A stretch of 48,857 nt of DNA, taken from Trichomonas gallinae. Lineage: Eukaryota. The position numbers and the translations under genes were made by a program. The stretch covers positions 1 to 48,857 of the forward strand of contig MRSU01010752.1 of the NCBI GenBank assembly GCA_008369845.1. The letters run 5' to 3'. The notes beneath the pieces were generated by a model that worked only from the letters and a program-made list of their open reading frames with translations, made no database searches and was not told the origin of the DNA. Positions 7,777 to 17,528 of the stretch are shown one piece after another; position 1 is the first letter of the stretch; every line of letters starts with the position of its first letter.

Positions 7777-10700
7777 ATGTCATTAGCGAGACCCTCATCA
7801 AACGATGTTCTTTTAACATTGTTTCCCAAAATTGAGGACTCCTTGATGAGCATGTTGCTCAAGTTTACTCTCGAATGCGACCCTTATCTCGATAAGAAAG
7901 ATATGAAATTAAATTTATCAAACGACTTTCTTAACAATTTTCTTGAGAGATTCCCACGTAACTTCTACGGATACAAGATTGCTGTTGATCGCTACGTTTC
8001 GTTCGGTCAATATGCGCCACAGGCCGCAATCGAATTGTTATTAACCTTCCTACCAAAAACTAAGAACAACGAGTTATTCCGCAAGTTCGTCGGCAAGATA
8101 AAGGGCTACAATCTCTACGCAGACATCATCGATGACATCTTTCTTCTTTTCTTTGCCGATTGCACTGCACAGTTACTTTCGGCTAAAGACGATGTCACAT
8201 GCTACGAAACGTTGATCAATCTCGCTCTTCCATTATTAACCCCATTAAACGACCCAATTCGCGAGCATATCAGAAATTTGCTTCTTAACCAGTTTTCGGT
8301 TATTTACAGCTTTATATCAATCAAACATCTCGAACTATTCCTTAACAACTTCTCCTCGTCGTTAGCTAAGGATATTCCTTCGACATTGATTTTATACAAA
8401 TTCTTGAGACTTGTTCCTTCTCCAACGGTCACTATCGCGATGATCGAGGAATTTTTGTCTCAGCTTTTCTCAGTTACAAAGAATTTCCCGAAGAAACCTA
8501 CACCAGCTGAAATTACTTGGGCACAGTCTCTTTGCTTCCTCACAGCTCAAATCAAGACAGAAGGTCTTCCATCGATGGCCTCATCTCTTACAAACATATT
8601 CAATTTCGTAACAAATAGAATTAATGGCAATGATCAATTAATTTACCATTACAGACTCGCAGCTATTATTCTCATGCGTGATACTACTCTTCTCTCCCAG
8701 AAGTACAAGGATTTCCTAGCGAAATACATCGTTGAAAAGTCAAAGAAAAATACTGAATGCGCGTTACACGCTTTCTTAATGATTCTCCGCGGCAACTGGT
8801 TCTCGAGGACCTCATTGTTCTGGGAATGGGGCTCTTTCCACCACGATTTCCGCCAAGGTATCGAAGCAACACATCTATACGAGCCAGCTCAAGAGCAGCG
8901 CAATAACCCAGACTCATTCACCGAGTTCTTCTTCAATACATTCTCAAAGATCCCTGGTGTCGATCAATATTACACATTATTATCCGACATCTTGATCAAT
9001 CTTGCGGCTCGCGACTTCATTTACTTCTGCAGAGAAACTATTCCAAGGTTCATGATCGCACTTGGTCCAAAATGCATTTATACCCTTTCTCAATGCTTGC
9101 TTCAGATCAGTGCAAAGGAATTCCACTTTGAAGAGTGGATTGCTGACATGCCACTCAACTCTGAACACAAGATTGAAGCCGAAGTTAAAACTTTGTTCGT
9201 TACAATCAAATCTCAATTATTCTCATTAGTCGATCAGCAGCCAAACATCGGTTTAACGAATACAGCCTTCTGGTTCGATCTTAAGGGTGCTTTCAGCGCT
9301 CCATATTTCGAACTTCCACGCACAACTCAGCCGATTTCAACAAATATGACTTTCCGCATCACAGAAGCTACAAATTCAGTCGCTAACTTCATCAAGAACT
9401 CCAGATATCAAGAGTCAGCTGCAGATCTTACAATTAAATTTGAATCAATCCAAATCGAACACGTTTCAAGCCAGGAAGATCTTTACATCAAGGTTCTTAC
9501 ATTCTACCCACATATCATCACATACGGTGATATCCAGAACCCGGCTTTCACACACAGATTAAAGAGTTATCTCTTATCTAAGTCCAAAGCTGTTTCTCTC
9601 TTCGCCATTGATATGTTGGACCACTTGTATGCTGCCAATGCTTCCTTCAGACTCGCCATCCTCAATCTCATCCTCCAGTGGCTTTCAGATACAGATGTTG
9701 CCGAGCACACATTCATTATCCTCGAATTGTTCGTCAAACTCTTCGATTTGTCTCTCAGACCAGCCGCTCCGCCGAAACCAGGCCAGGACGGCACAGCAAC
9801 AGATGACTGCCCGGTAAACTTGATACAGGACTTCACAGACAACGCACAGGCTACATTAGTCTACCTTCTCGCCATGCCATACCCAGAACTCAGAGATTTG
9901 GCTGTTTGCGCAATCGAAAGATTGTCTAAGTTCGCAAATTCACTTAAGACATCATCACCACTCGAGCACATCTTGTCTGACCTCGACCAGCCAATATCCA
10001 ACGCCGTGTCTTACAAGTGCCAAATATACGAACAGATGGGATTCCCGAACGATCCCTCGCTTCCGACAAATACAGTTTCATTCAGAACAGCCGCATGCGC
10101 CAGATTCAACAACTTCTTCTCGTTCTACATCCCAGAAATCATATCTTCCTTCGAGCATAAAGTTTCGTTGAACTTTGTCGAGAAGCTTGTCAAGACATCA
10201 CTCAAGGCCATGTCTCGGTTGGACTTCAATGGCAATTTCGCTAGAATTGACACAACAATTTGGCAATTCTATCGCAACTTGGCAATAATCGCGTCAAACA
10301 TCGTCCCAACAATCGACCACAACATGTACAAGCTTCTCATTTCGCAGTATCCACTCGAATTCGTTTCATTCCACAACTATCAGGTTATGGCCGGATTCGA
10401 TAATGATGAGAGACGTATCAAACTTGCTCCATTCGCCAAATTGGTCAACGAGAAGTTCTCTTCTATTCTCAAGTTCATTGCAACATCTCAAAACGACAAG
10501 ATTGTTGATATCTTGCTCAAATGCTTCAGCTTATTCAGATGGACACAAGCAGCAAACTTTGCTCCTGAATTCTTGGAGTTCCTTAAGACAGCGAACTTCA
10601 CTAATCAGAACGTTTTAATTTATGCTCTCAAGATTTTGAACTATTTCTCTCAAAATCCAGATTTCAAGTTCAGCCTTTCATCACAGCCGCTTTACTCTCA

Positions 10701-13700
10701 GATTATCACTATTTTAGGGACAGAATCCAATAAATTATTAAATGCTGTCAAACCATTCAACGAAGCAAAGATTAAGACAAAGAAGGATAACTATGTCCCG
10801 CTTGTTCTCAACTATCTTAGAGCGTTCTGGTTCACTTTCACCAGTATGACTGTCGATATCGAAGAGAAACTCTGCGGACCATTCAGAATTCCAAAGTCAT
10901 TCACATGGATAAACGACATAATTGGCATTTCCACAGATATCATCCACTTGACTTTGAATTTAGCTCCACTCAAAGATTCAACAGACAAAGAAATCCGCGC
11001 ATTACACGAAATGTCCGAAAGACTTATTCCAGCTATCATCTCAGCTGTTCCAGTTCTCAACCAGGAAGTCGAAAAGATGGTTATTGTCTATGAGAAGTTA
11101 TGCCTCAAGACTCAATTCTTGGGCTGGAACACAATGCATCTTGCTTTGTTCAGAAACTTCAAGCAATTAATCGGAGCATACATCAGACACAGCTACGATT
11201 TGACGCCAACAACAGCAAGAACATACTTCAAGGCTATTTTCAACGCAATTCTCCCAGATGCTTCATGCTTCATTGACAGAACAAAGACATACAAGAAGAT
11301 GGATGACAGAAGAACTCAGCAGATTCTTTCGACAATGATGCACACTTTGAACAACGAGACATCGCAACCAGCAGCAGTTCTTGTTGACGAAGAGCAGCTC
11401 AATCCATTTGAGAGAGTCTTGAACAGAGATATATTGGGTGTTTCTGGTGCAATATTCTTCATCTCACTTTTGTATTTACTAGATGATACTTTCGAGCTTC
11501 GTTCTGCTGCATTCAACCTTATCAACAGATTAATTCCATTCGTTCTTGCTGTCCTTGAAGCACACGATCCAGCTAAAGCGGCTGAAGCTTTGAAGAGCTT
11601 AGATCATTTCATTGGCGTATTCAATTCATCAGTCACAGCTATTCCACCTTCAACAATCAGAAAGATCGCAGCTGTTTTGTCTAAGTACCTTCCTCAAGTC
11701 TCTGAGTTGATCATCAAAGAAGCCATCGACTTCATCAAAGTCAAGGAAACAGACAGCTATGCAGCGACATTCCCACAATCTGCTGTTCTCGAAGTTATCA
11801 ATTCTTTCTTGAAGAACATTGCCATAACATCCCGCAACGTTCTATCTGAAGTTTCATCCAAATTTGCTGTTTACACGCCATACTCAATACTCGAGGAGTT
11901 GATCAACTTGTATCCTTATGTTAAAGCACAAGGAAAGTCAGCATATCTCGCCATATGGAGTAGCTGCGTTGCTGGTGAAGGATCTCTTCCTGTTATCTTC
12001 ACTTTCTTGTTCGAATTCGCTAAGAAAGAAGCCAACGCGCAAGCAGTTCAGACAATTTTGCTGTTCATCGCACAGAGCCAGACACAGGAAGTCATCAATG
12101 CATTGGTTGAGAGAATCTCGTTCGGATACTGGTTCTACAATAACATGCAGCTTCACTCATCTGACCCACAGCCACCAGTGTTCTCATTCCAAGAATGCCA
12201 AGTCGTCTGCTCAACATTAGTCGAAATCGCACAGATCTGCCCACAGAACTTATTGGCAGGCTTGCACTCTATTATTCACTTCGCATTGATTTACTATGAT
12301 TACGCACCGAAGACATTCTGCGAGATTTTGTTCATCATCATGACAGGTCTTCCTAAGTGTCCGTCAGAAATTGCAGCAGCATTCTTACCTCCAGGTGCTT
12401 TGACTTGGGATTTGTCACAGCCAATTAAAGGACTTCCTGAAGATAGGAATCCTGTCGCTGTCTCAGAAATGGCAGCATGGATCGTCAAGTACTTCTCAGA
12501 GCAGAAGGCTAAGAAGATCTTACAGAACTGGGGCAAGGAAGCAGTCAGATGGGCAACTGGCTGCGGTGACTTAAAGATTGCATCAAGATCCGCAATCATT
12601 TTGTCCAAATTACTCAGCCCAGTCGACGGAAGAATGATCGTCTCCGTCATCAGAAACGCACACAACTTGATGAGAGTCCCAACAAGCGACGAATCTGGCG
12701 AATACCTCATGGCCATTTTCTCGCTCTTGTCAGCTATCATCGACAAGCGTGTTCAATCATCCAAATTCGCTCCTTCCTTCAAGTACATCTTCGTTGCCGC
12801 CTGCGAATTCATCAAGCTCACACCAGTTCCTAAACTCGCACAGGCAGCTCTGACAATCGTCGCTAAGTACATCATGTACGGACAGACAGAATACGACCAG
12901 ATGCGCGACTTGTTGGCAACATTCACAGACTTGATGGTTACATTGAACGAGAGAAGAACAGTCGACGGTGCTTTCATGGCCTGCATGTTCATGAACAAGC
13001 CACCGCTCAACATCCATGGAACTCACATCAACCAATTGGCATTCATCGCATTCTTGCCAAGAATCTACTCAGCTTTGGCCTCATGCCACAACATCGAACC
13101 ATACCTCACAGAAGTTTCAGAGTCAGAAGTGAACAGAGTTCTTCAGTGTGCAGTTTCTCTTGGCGCACATGGAGAATTCTTGCCTCCTGATCTCTCAGCT
13201 TACTTTGTTTCTACAATGAAGAAGCCGAACACAACAACATTGGATGAGTTCGCTCTCAAGTGCGCTAATGACTTGACACACGAATCATTCCAGGCTGTTG
13301 TTGAAGCCACACCACTCTTACTTCACATCGCCAAGGGCCGCGAAGTCGCATTGAGAGAAGCTGTCTTCAGCATTGTCTTCGCATTCTTGGGCATTGCTGA
13401 TTTCATTTCATCTGCTGATGCTTTCTCGCAGATTGTTGCTCTTGCAGCCAATTCATCCAGTGAAGCTGCTTCGAATCTCCTTCAGAGATTCATGGAGCTT
13501 GCTAATGATGCTCCATTCAAGGTTGATCTTCCAGTCTACAACTTCCCATCCAGACAGTCAGGATCAATCTCAACACAGCTCGAAGAGTTGGACAAGGACG
13601 AGATCCAGCTTCCAACAGGACAAGTCACATTGGAGGAAGACTCATTACTCATTGTCCCACATGAGCAGACGTTGTGGGATCACGAGATCTTCAGGAAGCT

Positions 13701-13851
13701 AAAGCAAGACCTTGCAAAGATCCAGGTGATGCCATTCACCAACTCACTACCTGTTTTGGAATCATTGAAGGCTGAAATCGCAAGAGATGAGTCACAAAAG
13801 ATTATAATTTCACCAGATCCACAAGACTATATCGAATATAAGAACTTTTGA
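7777..13851 (+). CDS. Furry/Tao3/Mor2-Pag1-like large HEAT/ARM scaffold protein
   Basis: 2024 aa, helical. ILQNWGKEAVRWATGCGDLKIASRSAIILSKLLSP resembles the MOR2-PAG1 C-terminal signature (W..EAL.WA..C..RH.A.RS.QI.RAL.P). ILINLAARDFIYFCRETI and LVYLLAMPYPELRDLAV resemble N-terminal and middle Furry motifs. Confidence 0.68.
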   Translation: MSLARPSSNDVLLTLFPKIEDSLMSMLLKFTLECDPYLDKKDMKLNLSNDFLNNFLERFPRNFYGYKIAVDRYVSFGQYAPQAAIELLLTFLPKTKNNELFRKFVGKIKGYNLYADIIDDIFLLFFADCTAQLLSAKDDVTCYETLINLALPLLTPLNDPIREHIRNLLLNQFSVIYSFISIKHLELFLNNFSSSLAKDIPSTLILYKFLRLVPSPTVTIAMIEEFLSQLFSVTKNFPKKPTPAEITWAQSLCFLTAQIKTEGLPSMASSLTNIFNFVTNRINGNDQLIYHYRLAAIILMRDTTLLSQKYKDFLAKYIVEKSKKNTECALHAFLMILRGNWFSRTSLFWEWGSFHHDFRQGIEATHLYEPAQEQRNNPDSFTEFFFNTFSKIPGVDQYYTLLSDILINLAARDFIYFCRETIPRFMIALGPKCIYTLSQCLLQISAKEFHFEEWIADMPLNSEHKIEAEVKTLFVTIKSQLFSLVDQQPNIGLTNTAFWFDLKGAFSAPYFELPRTTQPISTNMTFRITEATNSVANFIKNSRYQESAADLTIKFESIQIEHVSSQEDLYIKVLTFYPHIITYGDIQNPAFTHRLKSYLLSKSKAVSLFAIDMLDHLYAANASFRLAILNLILQWLSDTDVAEHTFIILELFVKLFDLSLRPAAPPKPGQDGTATDDCPVNLIQDFTDNAQATLVYLLAMPYPELRDLAVCAIERLSKFANSLKTSSPLEHILSDLDQPISNAVSYKCQIYEQMGFPNDPSLPTNTVSFRTAACARFNNFFSFYIPEIISSFEHKVSLNFVEKLVKTSLKAMSRLDFNGNFARIDTTIWQFYRNLAIIASNIVPTIDHNMYKLLISQYPLEFVSFHNYQVMAGFDNDERRIKLAPFAKLVNEKFSSILKFIATSQNDKIVDILLKCFSLFRWTQAANFAPEFLEFLKTANFTNQNVLIYALKILNYFSQNPDFKFSLSSQPLYSQIITILGTESNKLLNAVKPFNEAKIKTKKDNYVPLVLNYLRAFWFTFTSMTVDIEEKLCGPFRIPKSFTWINDIIGISTDIIHLTLNLAPLKDSTDKEIRALHEMSERLIPAIISAVPVLNQEVEKMVIVYEKLCLKTQFLGWNTMHLALFRNFKQLIGAYIRHSYDLTPTTARTYFKAIFNAILPDASCFIDRTKTYKKMDDRRTQQILSTMMHTLNNETSQPAAVLVDEEQLNPFERVLNRDILGVSGAIFFISLLYLLDDTFELRSAAFNLINRLIPFVLAVLEAHDPAKAAEALKSLDHFIGVFNSSVTAIPPSTIRKIAAVLSKYLPQVSELIIKEAIDFIKVKETDSYAATFPQSAVLEVINSFLKNIAITSRNVLSEVSSKFAVYTPYSILEELINLYPYVKAQGKSAYLAIWSSCVAGEGSLPVIFTFLFEFAKKEANAQAVQTILLFIAQSQTQEVINALVERISFGYWFYNNMQLHSSDPQPPVFSFQECQVVCSTLVEIAQICPQNLLAGLHSIIHFALIYYDYAPKTFCEILFIIMTGLPKCPSEIAAAFLPPGALTWDLSQPIKGLPEDRNPVAVSEMAAWIVKYFSEQKAKKILQNWGKEAVRWATGCGDLKIASRSAIILSKLLSPVDGRMIVSVIRNAHNLMRVPTSDESGEYLMAIFSLLSAIIDKRVQSSKFAPSFKYIFVAACEFIKLTPVPKLAQAALTIVAKYIMYGQTEYDQMRDLLATFTDLMVTLNERRTVDGAFMACMFMNKPPLNIHGTHINQLAFIAFLPRIYSALASCHNIEPYLTEVSESEVNRVLQCAVSLGAHGEFLPPDLSAYFVSTMKKPNTTTLDEFALKCANDLTHESFQAVVEATPLLLHIAKGREVALREAVFSIVFAFLGIADFISSADAFSQIVALAANSSSEAASNLLQRFMELANDAPFKVDLPVYNFPSRQSGSISTQLEELDKDEIQLPTGQVTLEEDSLLIVPHEQTLWDHEIFRKLKQDLAKIQVMPFTNSLPVLESLKAEIARDESQKIIISPDPQDYIEYKNF

Positions 13852-14349
13852 TTTAAAGAATAAAACGCGTTTTATTTAATATTAGCATCTCTATCTAGAT
13901 AAAAATAGGAAGCCTATGTGAACATTTCTATTGTATATCATTTTCAGATGTTTCCCTATGTATACTTTACGATTTGGATCTTCTCAGAATTCTGACAATA
14001 GAAATAAAAGTGACAATCATAAACCGTTGCCTATTCATAACACATTCAATTTTCTCAACAACTTTAAAATATGGTTAGACATTACTATATGTATAAATTA
14101 TACATTCTTAGAAAAGTGACATTTTGATTATTTCCTAGACAACGCAACATTTTCATGTGAAAATCAACATTTTTTAAAAAGATCATTCATCAAAAAATAT
14201 TCAAAACTAATGAAATATTTTAGTTATCGATGCTAATACCAGATTATTGCTTATTAAATTTTCGACAAAATTCAAATTTGATGATAGAGACTTGATTATA
14301 TATCATAAGATTTTCCATTTTAAAATCAAACGCTTTGTAAATATCAAGA

Positions 14350-14727
14350 ATGTTTGTTCTATAACCATATATTATTATGGATCTATATCTTTTATCCAAA
14401 CAATCTTTATGTGATGTTTGGGATAAATATTATCCAGGATCATCTACTAACAAATGTATGCATCTAGAATCTATGATTTGCCAAGGAAATATTTATATTG
14501 ATTAAGCAATTTTTCGAGATTTCAAGGATACAGTGCTTAATATTTCTGAAAATGTTATATTTCTTATTTCTAGATCTAAATTTATGCACATATCTAGAAT
14601 TGATGAAAAATCTCGTGTTGAGCATAATACAAAGGCCGTTTGCATATTTCTTGCACATAATTTTAGTATATTTATGTATTTTGAGTATATTAAATCATGT
14701 TTTAAGTGTTATTTAGATAAAATGTAA
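14350..14727 (+). pseudogene. Decayed, truncated member of a trichomonad secreted/surface beta-helix-type hypothetical family
   Basis: One frame reads MFVL*PYIIMDLYLLSKQSLCDVWDKYYPGSSTNKCMHLESMICQGNIYID*AIFRDFKDTVLNISENVIFLISRSKF..., with in-frame TAA at 14362 and 14503. It resembles the N-terminus of the 35499-36524 frame. Confidence 0.5.
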
Positions 14728-14788
14728 ATTTAAATCGATTCATGGAATAAATAAAAAAAACGTGTTTATCGATAAAAATTTGTAAAAA

Positions 14789-15793
14789 TTGAGCACTGAG
14801 AATATAGAACCTTTGGGCCAGACAGCTGACGAATCGTTGCCATCAGGCGTCAGCACGCAGAACGACAATGACTGGGATGCGATATTTACTGCAAAATTAG
14901 AAAATTATGTCAGCGAATTTGAAAATAACGGGCGAATGCCACCGAGCGATATGCACACCACAGTATTAAGATACATACAGCATAAAAATGTCGACGCTAT
15001 TGTTGAAGGTGAATATTTAGTTGCAGAAAGATATGAAAAAATTTTGTCTAAGTTTGTTTTAGAAAGTAGCAAGCAAAACGCACGAGCAGCTCAAGAGGGT
15101 GAAGAATACATACTAAATTTAGAAATAAATCAGCTTCGATCTAAAATTGGAGAAATTCATCAACTTTATAAAGACAAAATCAATAGAGAAAAGGAAAATG
15201 ATGCAAAAGCAATTGCTCAGCTACAACAAAAACACCTTTTCGAGATGAAAGATTTCGAAAGATATTGGAATGATCAAGAAAACATTCGTATGTACACTAA
15301 AAGCTCTTCACACTTGAACAATATGCGAGCTCAGCACAAAACTCTTGTTTTGGCGAAAGAATACGACAAAGCTCAGCAATTTCAAGAAGAAATTGCGAAA
15401 CAAGAGCAGATAGAATCAGCACAAGCGCAAAAAGTATTAGACACCGTTATAGAAAAGAAGAGGCAAAAACTATTGAAGAAGCAGCAAGATGAATTAGTTC
15501 GAGAAAGACAATATGCGATTAAAAACATCCAAATTTTGAATGCACAACACAACAGAGAGATTTCTAACATCAAAACTAGGATACAGAAACTTAAACTCGA
15601 TAAACAAAACTCGCGCGCTAAGAATCGCACCAAAGAATTCAGAATGTCTGCAGATGGATCATATTCGCCTCGCACGAAGAGTTTGATGAACAATTATACT
15701 AGATCGGGCAGACCAACAAGATTATCTTTGAAGCCACTTCGCCCTGCAATTGTTGTACCTTTTGCAAGACAAACCAAATCACGCGTGAAATAA
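14789..15793 (+). CDS. Coiled-coil hypothetical protein; start uncertain (TTG 14789, first in-frame ATG 14936)
   Basis: E/K/Q-rich helical sequence with W.D.E..R.Y.K.S..L..MR...K.L...K.Y..A and a basic tail. Stop lies within TAAA. Confidence 0.8.
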   Translation: MSTENIEPLGQTADESLPSGVSTQNDNDWDAIFTAKLENYVSEFENNGRMPPSDMHTTVLRYIQHKNVDAIVEGEYLVAERYEKILSKFVLESSKQNARAAQEGEEYILNLEINQLRSKIGEIHQLYKDKINREKENDAKAIAQLQQKHLFEMKDFERYWNDQENIRMYTKSSSHLNNMRAQHKTLVLAKEYDKAQQFQEEIAKQEQIESAQAQKVLDTVIEKKRQKLLKKQQDELVRERQYAIKNIQILNAQHNREISNIKTRIQKLKLDKQNSRAKNRTKEFRMSADGSYSPRTKSLMNNYTRSGRPTRLSLKPLRPAIVVPFARQTKSRVK

Positions 15794-16011
15794 ATAAAAA
15801 AATTGTTTGTATTGTTTTATAACCAACAACTTTTTTTCTCAATGAATTCTTACTCTATCGTTGACGTCATCAACCTTTTTTTTTCTTCAATGAATTATAA
15901 ATTTGATAATTATAATTAAGCAAGAAATTTCCTGCTTAAGTGTGATATATACAAAAATATTGTTTGAACTGTTGAATATCATCAAGATTTAATGATTTAT
16001 CATTAAAAAAA

Positions 16012-16137
16012 ATACATGTTGCACAGGATATACTTCTTCTCATCCCAAGAAGGTGCGCGTGGAGAAAGGCTCTTCTTGAGTCAAGAGCATGTGCCGAATG
16101 GAGAAACACCACCAAGGCATGGCTGGAAGTCCAGCAT
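16012..16137 (-). pseudogene. Short relic of a pyruvate:ferredoxin oxidoreductase (PFOR)-like gene
   Basis: GC-richer island in AT-rich DNA translating as MLDFQPCLGGVSPFGTCS*LKKSLSPRAPSWDEKKYILCNMY. It matches the spacing of the PFOR motif PxGTxxxEKRGxAxxVPxWxxxxCIQCNxC without gaps. TGA at 16081-16083; two Cys positions read Tyr. Confidence 0.62.
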
Positions 16138-16279
16138 AGATTCTTGATATAATAGTGCTTTCATACATCAAATCTTATGAAATATATGATTTATATACAC
16201 AGTATCAATTTTGCAAACTCTAGGAATAATGTGTTTTTTTGAATAACGAGATTTCTTCACTTTTTAAACCACCTACATG

Positions 16280-16287
16280 TCACTTTT
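16280..16287 (+). promoter_or_regulatory. Initiator (Inr) element of the nuclease gene
   Basis: TCACTTTT starting 19 nt before ATG 16299; fits the trichomonad Inr consensus TCA[TC][TA]. Confidence 0.55.
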
Positions 16288-16298
16288 CAATTCGATTA

Positions 16299-17003
16299 AT
16301 GCTTTTTACTTTTTTTACGCAAAATATCAATTGTATTCGTCCGAAAGTTGGCGAAACAGTGAAAGAACGCCTCAAAAGGCTGTATTTTGATCACAAAGAA
16401 TATTCATACCGCGATAGTCATTATATTATGTATCTTGATGCAGATTGCGACAATTCAAATATCCGAATGATATATTCTTCAATCCCATACCCATTCCCAT
16501 GTGGTGGAACTGAGCTTCCTTCACAAATTATTACAAACACTGAACATGTTGTTCCTAGAGCTTTCTTTAAGAGCCAACTTCCAATGCTTTCCGATGTACA
16601 CCATCTATATTCAGCTCCAGCTAAGGCCAACAATCAGAGAGGCAACCTTCCTTTTTCAGAATTTCCGTATTCTCAGTGCAAAGAGTGGTGCAACAACCTT
16701 ACTTGTGAAAACAAGGCTCCTCCAAATCCAGATGACTACAGCTGCCTAAATAAAAACAAGTTATCCTGGATGCCTCGCGTTGAAGATCGCGGAATGATTG
16801 CGAGATCCATCTTTTACTTCATGACCATGTATGATATGGTTCCTATCGAACAAGTTGGTGACATTAAGATTCTTAAGAAGTGGAATAATCAATATCCACC
16901 TTCGCAATTTGAAATTGCAAGAAATAACAAATTGAACAAAACACAAGGCAATAGAAACCCATACATTGATGATTACAAGCTTGTAGATCAAGCTTTCCCA
17001 TAA
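16299..17003 (+). CDS. Secreted endonuclease I family (His-Me finger) nuclease, EndA/Bsn-like
   Basis: NTEHVVP, SDVHHLY...ANNQRGNLPF, RGMIARSIFYF and W...YPPSQFEIARN...QGNRNPYID. Start moved from TTG 16239 to ATG 16299, which follows an Inr and gives the short signal-like MLFTFFTQNINC. Confidence 0.9.
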   Translation: MLFTFFTQNINCIRPKVGETVKERLKRLYFDHKEYSYRDSHYIMYLDADCDNSNIRMIYSSIPYPFPCGGTELPSQIITNTEHVVPRAFFKSQLPMLSDVHHLYSAPAKANNQRGNLPFSEFPYSQCKEWCNNLTCENKAPPNPDDYSCLNKNKLSWMPRVEDRGMIARSIFYFMTMYDMVPIEQVGDIKILKKWNNQYPPSQFEIARNNKLNKTQGNRNPYIDDYKLVDQAFP

Positions 17004-17528
17004 TTTGATAATATCTATCGATATTTCATTCTTTCATATAAATAGTCAATAGAATTAACACAATAATCTTTTATTTTCATTGTGATATGCTTAATATATT
17101 GAATATTTTCAAATTTCATATAATATCTTTACAAAACTCAGTCTGTTATACTCATATAATAGAATATGATTCAAGTAAGGTTTCCACTCATAGTGATAGC
17201 TTACAAAAGCTATTTTTTGAATAGTGAAATTTTGAATTCATGAATTAGTCGTATATAAATATATTAATATATCATTATAAAAATTGAAGCCGACATGCAT
17301 ACTTCATATCATATAAATGCGTGCAAAAATAAAATAAAAAATTATAATTGATTCCATGAGTTAGTTTTAGAGTCAACCAATCCACTTCCTAATTTGTATA
17401 TATTTGATACATTTGTTATGAGCGTATTTTCATCAATATTTTGAATTTTTTTTTCTGTTTGATTTCACGAACTAAAAACCAGAAAATATTATTACATAAG
17501 TTACAGATATATCATCATTTTAATCAAA

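Noticed and set aside
13931..14119. 62-aa ORF
   Set aside because: TTG start, intergenic composition, no recognisable motif.
15825..15898. Imperfect direct repeat (T-run followed by TCAATGAATT, twice)
   Set aside because: Short and low-complexity; no evidence of an element between the copies.
16081..16083. In-frame TGA as possible selenocysteine or readthrough
   Set aside because: It is not at a Cys position of the motif, and the fragment has other disabling changes.
16016..16147. 43-aa plus-strand ORF over the GC-richer island
   Set aside because: Better explained as the antisense of the PFOR-like relic.
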